Assembly: GCA_041697335.1 (NCBI GenBank)
Contig: JBGUGD010000007.1
Coordinates: forward strand, 32,001 to 96,000
DNA: 64,000 nt
Source of the DNA: Vampirovibrionaceae bacterium NZW_1234
GTDB taxonomy: Bacteria > Cyanobacteriota > Vampirovibrionia > Vampirovibrionales > JAGQHJ01
Reading direction: 5' to 3'
The notes under the pieces are model-generated. The model did not search any database. It was not told where the DNA came from and saw nothing but the letters and a program-made list of their open reading frames with translations. The stretch's first letter is position 1. Every line of letters starts with the position of its first letter. The position numbers and the translations under genes were made by a program. This document shows positions 19,753 through 29,615 of the stretch, piece after piece.

Positions 19753-20751
19753 ATGAACATTTTAAATCGTGTGGGGCGGATGAGTCTCTTAGGATTAGCT
19801 CTGGGGTTTGGTGGCGTGATGATCAAACGGCAAGTTCAGCATCAGCAACTCAAGGCGAATTTCAAGCGTCGACCCGTTCTTGCCACCAATCCAATCAGTC
19901 TGAAAGAACCTGTGACAATTCCAGAGGCGTCGCTTCAGTTTATCGGTACAGCCACACTGATTATTCGTTATGGTGGGTTTACGGTGTTAACGGATCCGAA
20001 CTTCACGCAAAAAGGCGAATTTGTTCATCTGGGTTATGGTATTTTCTCCGAACGGTTAACAGATCCTGCAATATCGTTAGCTGATTTGCCACCAATCGAT
20101 GTGGGCGTGTTGTCGCATTTTCATGAAGACCACTTTGACAAGCGAGTGCAGCGCGAGTTACCGCGTACCTTTCCCATTGTGACCACCCCCTCGGCAGCCA
20201 GAATCCTTAAACGTCAAGGGTTTGACTCAGTTGCCGTAGGCCCTTGGCAGGCTGTCACCTATGACAACGGACAAACCCGACTGAAGATAACGGCCATGCC
20301 GGGCTTGCATGCCTGTGGTCTTTTTTCAGAGCTTTTGCCACCGGTGATGGGTAGTATGCTGGAGTTTTCTCCCATCGACGAGGATGGTCCCACCTACCGC
20401 ATTTATTTGTCCGGTGACACCATGGTCCATGAAGATTTAAATGCCATTCCACAGGTCTTTCCGGAGATCGATGTGGCTGTGCTCCACCTGGGGGGCACCC
20501 GGATAATGGGTAAAACGGTAACCATGGACGCGGAACACGGTTTGGAATTGATGCGACTTTTAAATGCCAAGGTGACGATTCCGGTTCATTACAATGATTA
20601 CACCGTCTTTCAATCTCCCTTAGAGGACTTTCAGCAGTTGGTTCGCGAGAACCATATGGATAAGCGTGTTCAGTATGTCAGTCACGGGGAACAGGTTGCT
20701 TTAGGCAAGGCGTTGATTGAACCGATGGAAAGGGAAGCGTTTCAAATCTGA
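19753..20751 (+). CDS. MBL-fold metallo-hydrolase
   Basis: LTDPNF, SHFHEDH (HxHxDH), YLSGDT, IPVHY motifs. Confidence 0.9.
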   Translation: MNILNRVGRMSLLGLALGFGGVMIKRQVQHQQLKANFKRRPVLATNPISLKEPVTIPEASLQFIGTATLIIRYGGFTVLTDPNFTQKGEFVHLGYGIFSERLTDPAISLADLPPIDVGVLSHFHEDHFDKRVQRELPRTFPIVTTPSAARILKRQGFDSVAVGPWQAVTYDNGQTRLKITAMPGLHACGLFSELLPPVMGSMLEFSPIDEDGPTYRIYLSGDTMVHEDLNAIPQVFPEIDVAVLHLGGTRIMGKTVTMDAEHGLELMRLLNAKVTIPVHYNDYTVFQSPLEDFQQLVRENHMDKRVQYVSHGEQVALGKALIEPMEREAFQI

Positions 20752-20870
20752 TACATACGTTGATTCTGAGGCCCATAGGATCTGATGCGTCAGGGTGACT
20801 AGGCCAACAAGCATATTTGTGATAGAACCATAGTCATCACTTAAATTGGGGACATGGGAATAGTGGAGTG

Positions 20871-22334
20871 ATGCGGATACAGTTGCGCCCGTATTCGATT
20901 CGAGGCATGTCGGGACAGAAACCCACAGTTTATGGTCCTCCGAACAACCGTAGCTCACTGACGCAATTTCAGGGTGAGTCTACACAGGAGGGGAATGAGC
21001 TTACACTGCTCCGACGCCATTTCTTAGCAGGTCTAATTGGCAGTGCCGTATTTGCTGCCTCCTTTTTTCCGAAACGCTCTACATCCAACGTTTCAGCCCA
21101 AGTTGTGTCACCGGAGCGAGTGCAGCTGTTAAAGCTGATTCAAGATCTGAAAATCCAAGAAAAAGCATTTCATTTTTTCGAGGATGCCCGAGATGAGACA
21201 AGCGGTCTGTATTTGGATCGGCTACCAAATCGACCTCTGAAGCCTGATGTCAAAAAAAACAACACGATTGCCAGTCTGGCAGCCACCGGCTATGGGCTTG
21301 CCCTGGATGTGATGAAAGCAAATCAGGGCTTTTTTAGTGCTCACCCGGGTGGTCCCAAGGCCATGGTGAGGCAGCGTCTTGAACAAGCGTTGGATACGGT
21401 TGAGAAGTTGAGTTTACCTCAAAATGGGCGGTTTTTGCCTCATTTTATCGATGTGCGCACACGGCAGAATCTGGCTGAGATTTCAACCGTAGATACCATG
21501 CTGTTCTATCTGGGGGCTTTGGCTGCTGGCCAGTATTGTGGGGGGAACACACTTCGTCGGGTTGAGCGGATGTTTCACCAGTTGGATTTTGAGATGATGC
21601 GAACACGGGCCAATGATCCGGTTTATCATAACAGCGATAATTTTACCCATGGCATCGCACCAGACAGACGTTTTATCCCTTATCATTGGGGCGGCCCTTA
21701 TTCAGAAGGGGTATTGCTGTTAAACCTGATGGCCTTGGCCTCGCCTCGAGTACCGGAAACGGTCTGGACAAAGGGTTGGGACCGGCGAAAGGCCTGGACT
21801 GTTGATAAACAATCTACTTTTACCAACACGCCTCTATTTACGTATTTTTACGCCCATGGGTTTCTTCCATTGAAAGGGTTCATGGATAGCCAGGGTGTGG
21901 ATTACTGGGAGGAAACTAAACGAGCCATCCAGATGCAAGTAGCCTATTGTCAATCGAAGAACTATGATCATGGCCTGTTTGGCCTATCAGCCTGTGATGC
22001 CCCGCCACCGCTGGGTTATCAGGGATATCACCCGGGTATTGATGATGGGACCATTGCGCCTCCTTCGATTTTAGCAAGTATTCCCTTTGCCGAGAAAGAA
22101 TCCTTGACAGCCTTAAAAAGGCTGAAGGAGTTAGATTTATTGAGTGAGCACTATGGTCCAGTAAATGCTTACAATGTTTTTACAGGGTGGAAAACAGGAG
22201 ATGCTCTAAGCATTGATGTAGGTAGTATGGCCTTGATGCTGGATGCTTATCAAGAAGGGACAATTCAAAAGCTGATGGGGCAAAATAAGATAGTTCAAGC
22301 CGCATTGCAACGAGCGGAATTCTTGCCCAAATAA
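20871..22334 (+). CDS. Glucoamylase-like (alpha/alpha)6 glycoside hydrolase, GH144/Glycoamylase-like, with N-terminal extension
   Basis: SGLYLDR, ASLAATGYGL, EISTVDT, YSEG, PLFTYFYAH, FGLSACD, DGTIAP, LSIDVG resemble beta-1,2-glucanase-like proteins; RRHFL plus hydrophobic helix near the N-terminus. Confidence 0.75.
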   Translation: MRIQLRPYSIRGMSGQKPTVYGPPNNRSSLTQFQGESTQEGNELTLLRRHFLAGLIGSAVFAASFFPKRSTSNVSAQVVSPERVQLLKLIQDLKIQEKAFHFFEDARDETSGLYLDRLPNRPLKPDVKKNNTIASLAATGYGLALDVMKANQGFFSAHPGGPKAMVRQRLEQALDTVEKLSLPQNGRFLPHFIDVRTRQNLAEISTVDTMLFYLGALAAGQYCGGNTLRRVERMFHQLDFEMMRTRANDPVYHNSDNFTHGIAPDRRFIPYHWGGPYSEGVLLLNLMALASPRVPETVWTKGWDRRKAWTVDKQSTFTNTPLFTYFYAHGFLPLKGFMDSQGVDYWEETKRAIQMQVAYCQSKNYDHGLFGLSACDAPPPLGYQGYHPGIDDGTIAPPSILASIPFAEKESLTALKRLKELDLLSEHYGPVNAYNVFTGWKTGDALSIDVGSMALMLDAYQEGTIQKLMGQNKIVQAALQRAEFLPK

Positions 22335-22450
22335 ATTTACATGCTGTTTGGATAGCTGAAGTTACCTCTTAATTGGCTTATAGCCATAACAGTTCGCTTG
22401 TCTTTGATTTAAGTGCCTGAATGTCTTGCCTGGTTTTGGTTATTGACTGA

Positions 22451-22767
22451 AAAGCTAAGGCCCGGTATTCATCTAATTGGGAAACCTATCGTCGTTCGCT
22501 TTTGGTTTCCTTTCAAGAGGTTGAGGATTCCTTAGTGGCATACAAGATGATCTGGACTCCTTACAGGAGACGGAGCGTCAACTGACGTCACCCAAGGATT
22601 GTATCGCGTTACTGTAAAGCCGCTATGAGCAGGGATTGATTTTTTATCCAGGAGTGTTGCCCGAGAAGCGACTCCTCTTAGCTCAAGAGCAACGCTACTA
22701 CGACTATAAGCGAGCGGTTCTCTCACATACGGTGAATCTTTATAAAGCTTTCGGTGGGGACCGGTAG
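22451..22767 (+). pseudogene. C-terminal fragment of a NodT/OprM (TolC-family) outer-membrane efflux protein
   Basis: Manual translation: KAKARYSSNWETYRRSLLVSFQEVEDSLVAY, frameshift near 22545, DDLDSLQETERQLTSPKDCIALL* (TAA 22615), SRYEQGLIFYPGVL...VNLYKAFGGDR*. Matches the NodT patterns AFxEVEDAL, RYxxGL and LYKALGGG. Confidence 0.8.
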
Positions 22768-22925
22768 ATTTAACTCCACTATGAGGTTTTGTCCAGAATC
22801 CTATCCAACCGGTCGATAAGCATTCTGTTGAAATTCCTGCAAAATAACTGATAAAGGATTCCGATTCTGAACTCAGACAGGTGTGATTTGACGAATAGCA
22901 GCGGGCGTTGGATGGGAGGTGCGTC

Positions 22926-23132
22926 ATGACTCAGGCACAAAAAGCGGTGATTGTTTTTGTTTTTGTCCCCTTGGTTTCTGTGCTCATTATGCGAGTTTTT
23001 AGCCCGAGCGAACAGTATCCCACCCTCACCAGCCAGTTGAATATTATGCCTTTGCTGTTTTGGTTGGCTGTGGCCTTAATGGCTTTTATTTTATTCTTTG
23101 CTTGGAATCGGGCTAAAAAAACAAAAATATAA
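22926..23132 (+). CDS. Small two-helix membrane protein
   Basis: GGGAGGT RBS, two hydrophobic segments, basic C-tail; 68 aa. Confidence 0.65.
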   Translation: MTQAQKAVIVFVFVPLVSVLIMRVFSPSEQYPTLTSQLNIMPLLFWLAVALMAFILFFAWNRAKKTKI

Positions 23133-23342
23133 ATGGGAGACAGGTCCGCTTTTACCCATTATTGCGCTATTCTCTGACTAGCTTGTTACATTATAGTGCT
23201 GTTACTGGGCGGGATGTTGTGATTTGACTTTCCGTTTGATATGCTGAGCTGAAATTTGACGAAAATTGTTATTCTGCCAATTTAACCCCGAAAGCGACTG
23301 CTGCTGCCTTGCGGGAACATGAGAGACAGGAAAACGGAACAG

Positions 23343-23708
23343 ATGCATGTTAAATTTAACGGGGTTATTTACATCAAAAGTAAGTCTCAGCAAAACGTTC
23401 AAGACCAGATTGAGGTACTGGAAAGACGTCATAAATATGTGATGGCGGTATCCACTCAGGTGGCAAACCATGTTGAAGGACGTGTGCTGACGGGGAAGGA
23501 TGCACGGAATCTGATTCGGCTTTTTGGTATTGAAATTATTCCTTCTGCCACGAAGGCCGAGAATGACAGTCGTATTGGTCAGCAATTAAGCCAGCGTTTT
23601 GGTGATGGTCTTTATGACCATTTGCTGCGTGCTATCTCAGCCTATGCTCTGCTGCATGAAGCAACAGGTCACAAAATTAAAACCATGCGCCTAGATAAAG
23701 AGGCCTGA
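23343..23708 (+). CDS. Hypothetical protein (N-terminal KFNG motif)
   Basis: Open frame; start MHVKFNG or 24 nt upstream; no family recognised. Confidence 0.55.
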   Translation: MHVKFNGVIYIKSKSQQNVQDQIEVLERRHKYVMAVSTQVANHVEGRVLTGKDARNLIRLFGIEIIPSATKAENDSRIGQQLSQRFGDGLYDHLLRAISAYALLHEATGHKIKTMRLDKEA

Positions 23709-23853
23709 GATTTCTGAATACCTGTTGTGATCTACGGGAGGCAAATCTAACTGTCAGCGCTATCAAGGTTGAAGGGTCACAGGAGTTCAAGTGGTAATTT
23801 TGCGTGAGAATTCTGAGAATTCACAGACCAATTCAAGGGAGCAGGGCTTGTGG

Positions 23854-25104
23854 TTATTGAGGGTTGACTTTAGACACTTTGTCGGCTGATTCTTTAAACT
23901 TGGCCGTGCCATGAGCTTCTGCACGAAAATAATTATCCATTACAGCGATTCCCGCATCATGCAATGCCATACCCAACTGTGTTTGAAGGGCGGCTGTTCC
24001 TGCCACCATTGTTGGGATTCCCACTAGAACGGCTTTCCCGGAAAAATCCTTGCGACGAAATCCTTCCAAAAATACAGAAGATAAAGACGTTAACGTACCA
24101 GCTGCAATCAGTTTTGCGCCTATGGCATCAACTAAGGGATAGGCGCCTTCAAGAATTAACATTGGGATCCCTCCTAAATACATTAAGCAGGCGCCTACCT
24201 GGTTCTGGGTTGAGGAGGGTTTTAGGGCATCAGGTACCTCGGTACGTGTTCCTCTGAGGAATTGCCATAACTGAGAGCCATTACTTCCTATCGCTTTGGT
24301 TGTCTGTATGGGTGATATTAAAGGTTTTGAGAGGGTGACAACTGTTTTTCTGACGGTTTGATATTGATCAACAGCGATAAATTTTAAGGTTTCGAGCCCT
24401 CGGTGGAGATACGCCCTAGCGAGTTTGATATGTCGGTGGGATGCGTTTTCAGGGACAAGGGACCGAAGCGCGGAGATACTATAAAGAGGGCTCATATCTA
24501 GCTCTCGAGGTGTTTCTCCCGGATTCCGCTCAAAAAGGTTTCTGTTACGTCCTGCAACACCTGTAAACAGTAAGGCTTTGGCAACTAAAAATGCTGTTCT
24601 TACACCGACGCTACTGTGAAATGCAAGAATTGGTGCTATCGAGACCATCCCTAAGCCTGCCGCTGCCATAGAAGGTTGTTTTTTTACAAGGCCGGCAGAT
24701 AACCGGTTAATGCCTCCTGCCGTGAGTCCCACGGCAGAAAGGCCCCAACCTAGATCGCTCATTAATTTCTTCAGATCGTTCATATACCCTTTGGCTTGTT
24801 CTAATTGCGCCGGACTGATTGTCGTGATTTCGTCTTTAGGAGAGATTGCTGTGCTCTCTATTTTGGGCTGTGTTTTAGATGGTAATAACGCCGAGGTGCC
24901 TAAGAAAATTGCAGCCAAAATATTTGCAATTGGTGCAATCCATAAGGTTGAGCGCTTTAGCTGTGTGCCGGCTGAGTTCTTAGAGGCTATTGGGAGTGGT
25001 GGGCTATGAACTGTGGAATCTGATGAATCGCTTTTGAATCGTAAGTTCTGACTTAAAGTCAGCTGTTGGGAATGGATAGATGTTGATAATGGTTTAAGAA
25101 ACAT
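23854..25104 (-). CDS. Hypothetical multi-pass membrane protein with Ser-rich N-terminal leader
   Basis: Long ORF with several Gly/Ala-rich hydrophobic segments; leader ends LRFKS; start taken at MFLKP. Confidence 0.7.
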   Translation of the reverse strand: MFLKPLSTSIHSQQLTLSQNLRFKSDSSDSTVHSPPLPIASKNSAGTQLKRSTLWIAPIANILAAIFLGTSALLPSKTQPKIESTAISPKDEITTISPAQLEQAKGYMNDLKKLMSDLGWGLSAVGLTAGGINRLSAGLVKKQPSMAAAGLGMVSIAPILAFHSSVGVRTAFLVAKALLFTGVAGRNRNLFERNPGETPRELDMSPLYSISALRSLVPENASHRHIKLARAYLHRGLETLKFIAVDQYQTVRKTVVTLSKPLISPIQTTKAIGSNGSQLWQFLRGTRTEVPDALKPSSTQNQVGACLMYLGGIPMLILEGAYPLVDAIGAKLIAAGTLTSLSSVFLEGFRRKDFSGKAVLVGIPTMVAGTAALQTQLGMALHDAGIAVMDNYFRAEAHGTAKFKESADKVSKVNPQ

Positions 25105-25324
25105 TTCTGAGTCTGTCCGAAGTTTTGCTCTGCTCAACTTGATAACGAATATCAAGAAGAAAATTGTCCAATTGGGCATCTATATTAAGAAATGTAACAA
25201 TGTGCTGTCAGGTAGACTCGCTCTTTTTTTTCAAAAGTTTTAAAAAATAGCGCAATAATTTTCTTGTTCTGGTTTTGTTTAACAAGCCAATCCACTGACT
25301 CAACCCGATGGACATCTCTTAACA

Positions 25325-27613
25325 ATGCTGCGTATTGAACCTCGATTTGCAGGCACCTATATTTTATCTGACACTTTAAAACATGATTCGGTCTTGCCTG
25401 GCACGTTTCCTCAATTGATTCGAGATACCTATTTTTCGCTTACCCCCAGTCCCAGTGAGCGTCAGGTATCCGCTCGTATAACTCTAACCCAAGCCCGTCA
25501 GGAGCTTCAGGAAAGAACAGTTCGGACTTTGGCAGAGTTAATAACTTTATCTTCGGAATTAGAGGCTCGATGTGCTCCGCTCGTTACAGATGATGAGAAT
25601 ACTGCACAGCTCAAGCAATCCTTAACGGCTTTTCTTCGTACCTCTGAAAGAGCAGCAACTGCTCCAACTGTTTCGGCAGCCTTAGTATCTGTAAAGTCCC
25701 TACTGGAAGCTCCAGCGCATGCAAATCAAACCGAGTTCATTCAAGATGCAATCGAACCTGTCTATTTTGCTCTTAAGCCTATATTTCGGCAATTGAATCA
25801 ACGAACCTCAGGTGAGGAGCCATCGTTTGAGAATTCTTTTCGAGGACTTGCTCAACGGTTTTTTAATCAAGTGGAAGAGCTCTATCAGGCTCACGTATCT
25901 TTTAATGCTCTGTCGGATTTGAACTTAATGGTGGCTGACAACGTAGCTCGCGACAGAGTCTATCATCTAACTCCTGACTCTCTTGCATCTTTGCGAAAAC
26001 GAAAATGGAAGGATGATGTGGCGGATGTTGCCATAATCGGTGCTGGTCCTGCCGGGCTCTCTGTGGGACTTCATAGCATACAGAGCAACCTTAACACTGT
26101 GGTTTTTGAGGCTGGGTATGTGGCTCAAAGTTTTTCCGACCAGATGATGTTGCCTGTTCATGTGATGCGCACGAACGGTATTATGAGTTCCTTAACACGA
26201 GAAGGTGTATCTCCTCCGGAACTGGTGAACAGATATGGGCTACCTCGATTTTTGAATTCGTATCGCGAAATAAGTACCCGAGCCCGCCAGCGTCTTGCGG
26301 AATTATTGGGACGTGATTTGATTGGAAATCCACCGAAAGCCATTCCTGGGCAAGATGCTCGCGCAGATGTTCCTGCAGCTCGAAGCGAATTATTTCAGCA
26401 TTTTGATCACGTTGCCGAAGCCATTTCCTCTCATCCACGAGGCATTTTGTTAGAGCGTGCCCCAGTTGCCAAAGTTACCAAGGATAAACGAACGGGTTTA
26501 TTTCGTATTGAAACTCGCAAGGGCCATGTTCAGCTAGCGCGTAATTTAGTTGTTTCTGCCGGGCAAGTTGGTAGCCGAGGTGAATTCATCAAGCAGGCAG
26601 GTTGGCTGGAGGACTTTGCAAAGGCAAATCCCAGTGTCGTTTTACTTCGGACTCGGGATGATTTGGTTCGAGAAAATGTACAGGTTTTGGATTATCAGAA
26701 TGCCTGGCACCACAATAACCCTCGCAAAGGGCAATTAATTCTATGTGATCCATTATTAGGAAGTCCTGAAATGCGTGCAGTTATTTCTCGACTGCCAAAA
26801 GGGACAACTTGTGGTGTTATTGGCGGTGGGGAGTCTGGTGCTAAAGCTGTTATTGAGTTATTTAACCTGAATCCTGGTCTTCAGGTCCATTGGTTTGTCA
26901 AGGAACGTCCGCGTGGTGAACAGTTTCAAGTGCCTCCCAATAACACAAGCATTGAGACGATGACCCAGTGTCTTTCTGATCCGGATGCTGCAGAGCAGAG
27001 CCTGAGAGATTGGAAGTATCGCTATGGGGTACCTATTACTCCCCAAACCCTCAAGGATCTGGAAGAACAAGAAGATGCTGGTAAATTGACAATTTACGCA
27101 CTTGGAAAGCATTTTGACCCTTCAACAGTAGAATTAAAGTCAACCGTTGCTAATGGAACAGGCTCAATGTCTCTGGAAATTATTGCTAAAGATCCGTCAG
27201 TGATACGGCGGATAAGTCCTGTATCAAAACCAGGTATTACCTCATTGGCGTTGTCTCATCTCGACGGAGTATTGGTTTCAGCCATGGGTTATGATCGAGA
27301 CCGGCTTCACCAGCAAGGTTCTTTAACTCAAGAACTTAAGCGGGCTGACTTAGTCAATCATCCGGGGGCCTCATCGGACGTTAACCGAACTGAGCTATCT
27401 ATGGGGCAAAATGGGTTATGTGCTGAGGCTGATGAGAGTGTGTATACCTGTGGTGCCTATAATATTGCTATGGCGGCAGATTCTGCTATCTTTTCCATGC
27501 CCGTCAGAGCGCAAAACATTGTTAACGACATTCGGCGGCGTGGAAATTATAAGAAAGAGCGTTTTCAAGCTGTTCGCTTCTGGCTGCGACGTCTTATTCG
27601 GTTAAATGTATAG
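25325..27613 (+). CDS. FAD/NAD(P)-dependent oxidoreductase (class B flavin monooxygenase-like) with N-terminal extension
   Basis: VAIIGAGPAG (FAD), VVSAG, VIGGGESG (NAD(P)H), SAMGY; about 230-aa helical N-terminal region starting MLRIEPRFAG. Confidence 0.75.
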   Translation: MLRIEPRFAGTYILSDTLKHDSVLPGTFPQLIRDTYFSLTPSPSERQVSARITLTQARQELQERTVRTLAELITLSSELEARCAPLVTDDENTAQLKQSLTAFLRTSERAATAPTVSAALVSVKSLLEAPAHANQTEFIQDAIEPVYFALKPIFRQLNQRTSGEEPSFENSFRGLAQRFFNQVEELYQAHVSFNALSDLNLMVADNVARDRVYHLTPDSLASLRKRKWKDDVADVAIIGAGPAGLSVGLHSIQSNLNTVVFEAGYVAQSFSDQMMLPVHVMRTNGIMSSLTREGVSPPELVNRYGLPRFLNSYREISTRARQRLAELLGRDLIGNPPKAIPGQDARADVPAARSELFQHFDHVAEAISSHPRGILLERAPVAKVTKDKRTGLFRIETRKGHVQLARNLVVSAGQVGSRGEFIKQAGWLEDFAKANPSVVLLRTRDDLVRENVQVLDYQNAWHHNNPRKGQLILCDPLLGSPEMRAVISRLPKGTTCGVIGGGESGAKAVIELFNLNPGLQVHWFVKERPRGEQFQVPPNNTSIETMTQCLSDPDAAEQSLRDWKYRYGVPITPQTLKDLEEQEDAGKLTIYALGKHFDPSTVELKSTVANGTGSMSLEIIAKDPSVIRRISPVSKPGITSLALSHLDGVLVSAMGYDRDRLHQQGSLTQELKRADLVNHPGASSDVNRTELSMGQNGLCAEADESVYTCGAYNIAMAADSAIFSMPVRAQNIVNDIRRRGNYKKERFQAVRFWLRRLIRLNV

Positions 27614-27789
27614 AGTTGTGCTGCTCCTCTCTGAACGAAATTAGAGCCGTAATGTCCATGTGTTTATTCAGGCGTCAGAGCTTCCAGGATACGTTATACT
27701 CAATTTGGAACAAAGCAGAATCAGGCTCGTCTTTGTCAAAAAATTGGGGCTTAAAATCTGCGTTAAAGTTGATGTGAGGACTGAAACGA

Positions 27790-28296
27790 ATGAATAAGCA
27801 AGCGCTCTTTTCAATGGCCCTGATCGGGCTTATGGTATTTTCGCCTTTATCGGTGTCCGCTGACCCCCCAGGGCATGCCAAGGGAAATAAGAACGCGAAC
27901 AGGCAGGCGGTCAGGGAAGCTGAACGCAATGAGTGGAAGTCGAAAAACAAGGTAGAGGAGGACACTCAGGGTTGGGTTCGTCCTCAAGGGCAAGCACGGC
28001 TTGATCAGTCTGTTTTTCGGCAATTGATGATTGGGCGAGGTAATGGCTTGGATCCGGCAACTCGCAGTATTTTACAGAGTCAACAGCCGTTACCGCCTGG
28101 AATTCGTAAGAATTTATTGCGTGGTAAGCCTCTTCCTCCTGGTATTGCCAAAAAAGTCTATAATTTGCCTCCATCGGCATATGCCTCTATGGGTATTCCT
28201 CCCAATGCCTATCGCATTGGGTCCGTGGGGCGGAACGTGATTTTGTATGATGTTGCCTCTGGTATTGTACGAGACATTTTGTATAACGCATTCTAA
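27790..28296 (+). CDS. Secreted CigR/RcnB-like protein
   Basis: Signal peptide, PPGHAKG, and LPPGIRKNLLRGKPLPPGIAKK repeat characteristic of the CigR family. Confidence 0.75.
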   Translation: MNKQALFSMALIGLMVFSPLSVSADPPGHAKGNKNANRQAVREAERNEWKSKNKVEEDTQGWVRPQGQARLDQSVFRQLMIGRGNGLDPATRSILQSQQPLPPGIRKNLLRGKPLPPGIAKKVYNLPPSAYASMGIPPNAYRIGSVGRNVILYDVASGIVRDILYNAF

Positions 28297-28321
28297 AGAT
28301 TACCTCTCGTTTTTCTTCAAC

Positions 28322-28372
28322 GCCAAGAAGAGATCCTTGCCTATTGTATGAGTCGGCGAGGATCTTTTCGGC
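28322..28372 (+). terminator. Stem-loop, possible intrinsic terminator
   Basis: GAAGAGATCCTTGCC (28327-28341) pairs with GGCGAGGATCTTTTC (28355-28369) with G-U wobbles, about 30 nt after the stop. Confidence 0.5.
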
Positions 28373-28469
28373 TATTGAATTGAGTGGTTTGGTTAACCGT
28401 TGGCTTTGTGGACCGTTTGGTGAATTTACGGCATACTGTAGCCTCTCCCAGAATAAAGGGATATGAATA

Positions 28470-29441
28470 ATGACTTATCGTATGCGAATGATGGCTATAA
28501 TGATGGGGCTTGCAAGTCTTACTACGTTTTTACCCGCGATAACACAAGCAAGAGGTGTTTCCGGCGATTCGATCATCTCGCAAGTAATGCAACAGGTTCA
28601 AAACTTTACGCTTTCGATGAGTGTTTCGAGAGATGGAAAAGGCCAACAAGAATATCAATTTCGGGCCTATCAATATGGTCCTGCTGAGAAACAGGTATTT
28701 TATATGGTTCATCCGATGGGCTTATCTAAGCCTGAGAAGTTGGCTATCCTTGTTCACGGCGGTGGATTTCTAAGTGGTTCAGCTCTGGGGTTTGATGTTC
28801 AACCTTTGGCGCACTATTTTCTGAATCGTGGCTATACGGTGGCGAGTGTGGATTACCGGACATTAACTGGCTCTTCTTGGCCTACACCGGTACAGGATAT
28901 TGCTGAAGGTATTCACGCTGTCTATAGACAATTTGCGCAACCTCCTGAGGAATCCGTTTTGGTGGGCTTTTCTGCGGGGGCAGTGTCCGGGGCCTTACTG
29001 TTGTATGGCCAAAATTATCCACCTTTGCCTGAGATTGATAAGTTTATCGGGATCAGTGGTTTGTATAGTAAGGCTGCCACGGCTGAAGCACCTATTCGAG
29101 ATATTCGGATCCAAAGTCTTAAACAGGAAAACCTCCTTGAGATTGTTGATGATATTCGACGTCCAAGCACCAAAACGCCTGCTCTTTTGATACAAGGAAC
29201 ACGCGATTATTTTGCTGACCGTTACCCTGGGACTTCAAAGTCTCATGCCAGTTATTTAAGCGCCCTTTTAAACGAGCATCAGATTCATTCAAAAGTCTAT
29301 TGGGCAAGACAGGAAGGGTATGATGATCATGTTGGTCCTATCAGTTTGATAACCCTCGGGCATCCTGAAATGATTCAAACCATGGATCGGTTCTTAGCCT
29401 CACAGGATGGGCATCCTGGTTTTACCTGGTTCTGGAAATAA
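28470..29441 (+). CDS. Secreted alpha/beta hydrolase (HSL-like esterase)
   Basis: Signal peptide, VHGGGF oxyanion motif, VDYR, GFSAG nucleophile elbow, QGTRD, late His (DDHVG). Confidence 0.85.
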   Translation: MTYRMRMMAIMMGLASLTTFLPAITQARGVSGDSIISQVMQQVQNFTLSMSVSRDGKGQQEYQFRAYQYGPAEKQVFYMVHPMGLSKPEKLAILVHGGGFLSGSALGFDVQPLAHYFLNRGYTVASVDYRTLTGSSWPTPVQDIAEGIHAVYRQFAQPPEESVLVGFSAGAVSGALLLYGQNYPPLPEIDKFIGISGLYSKAATAEAPIRDIRIQSLKQENLLEIVDDIRRPSTKTPALLIQGTRDYFADRYPGTSKSHASYLSALLNEHQIHSKVYWARQEGYDDHVGPISLITLGHPEMIQTMDRFLASQDGHPGFTWFWK

Positions 29442-29615
29442 TAAGTCTTGTGCTTGGATTTGCCTCAATTGTTTGGGAATTTTATAATTATCCACAATGA
29501 CGTCTCCTGCTATGAACGCTTTTGTGGCAATTGAGTGATCGGGTCATTAGGCTTTAGGCCTGGATATGTTGTTTGTATGATAACTTCTTCGTCTTCTTCT
29601 ACTAAGCAGAGTAAT

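Noticed and set aside
22532..22927. 131-aa minus-strand ORF in the track
   Set aside because: Shadow of the plus-strand NodT/TolC pseudogene; no recognisable motifs.
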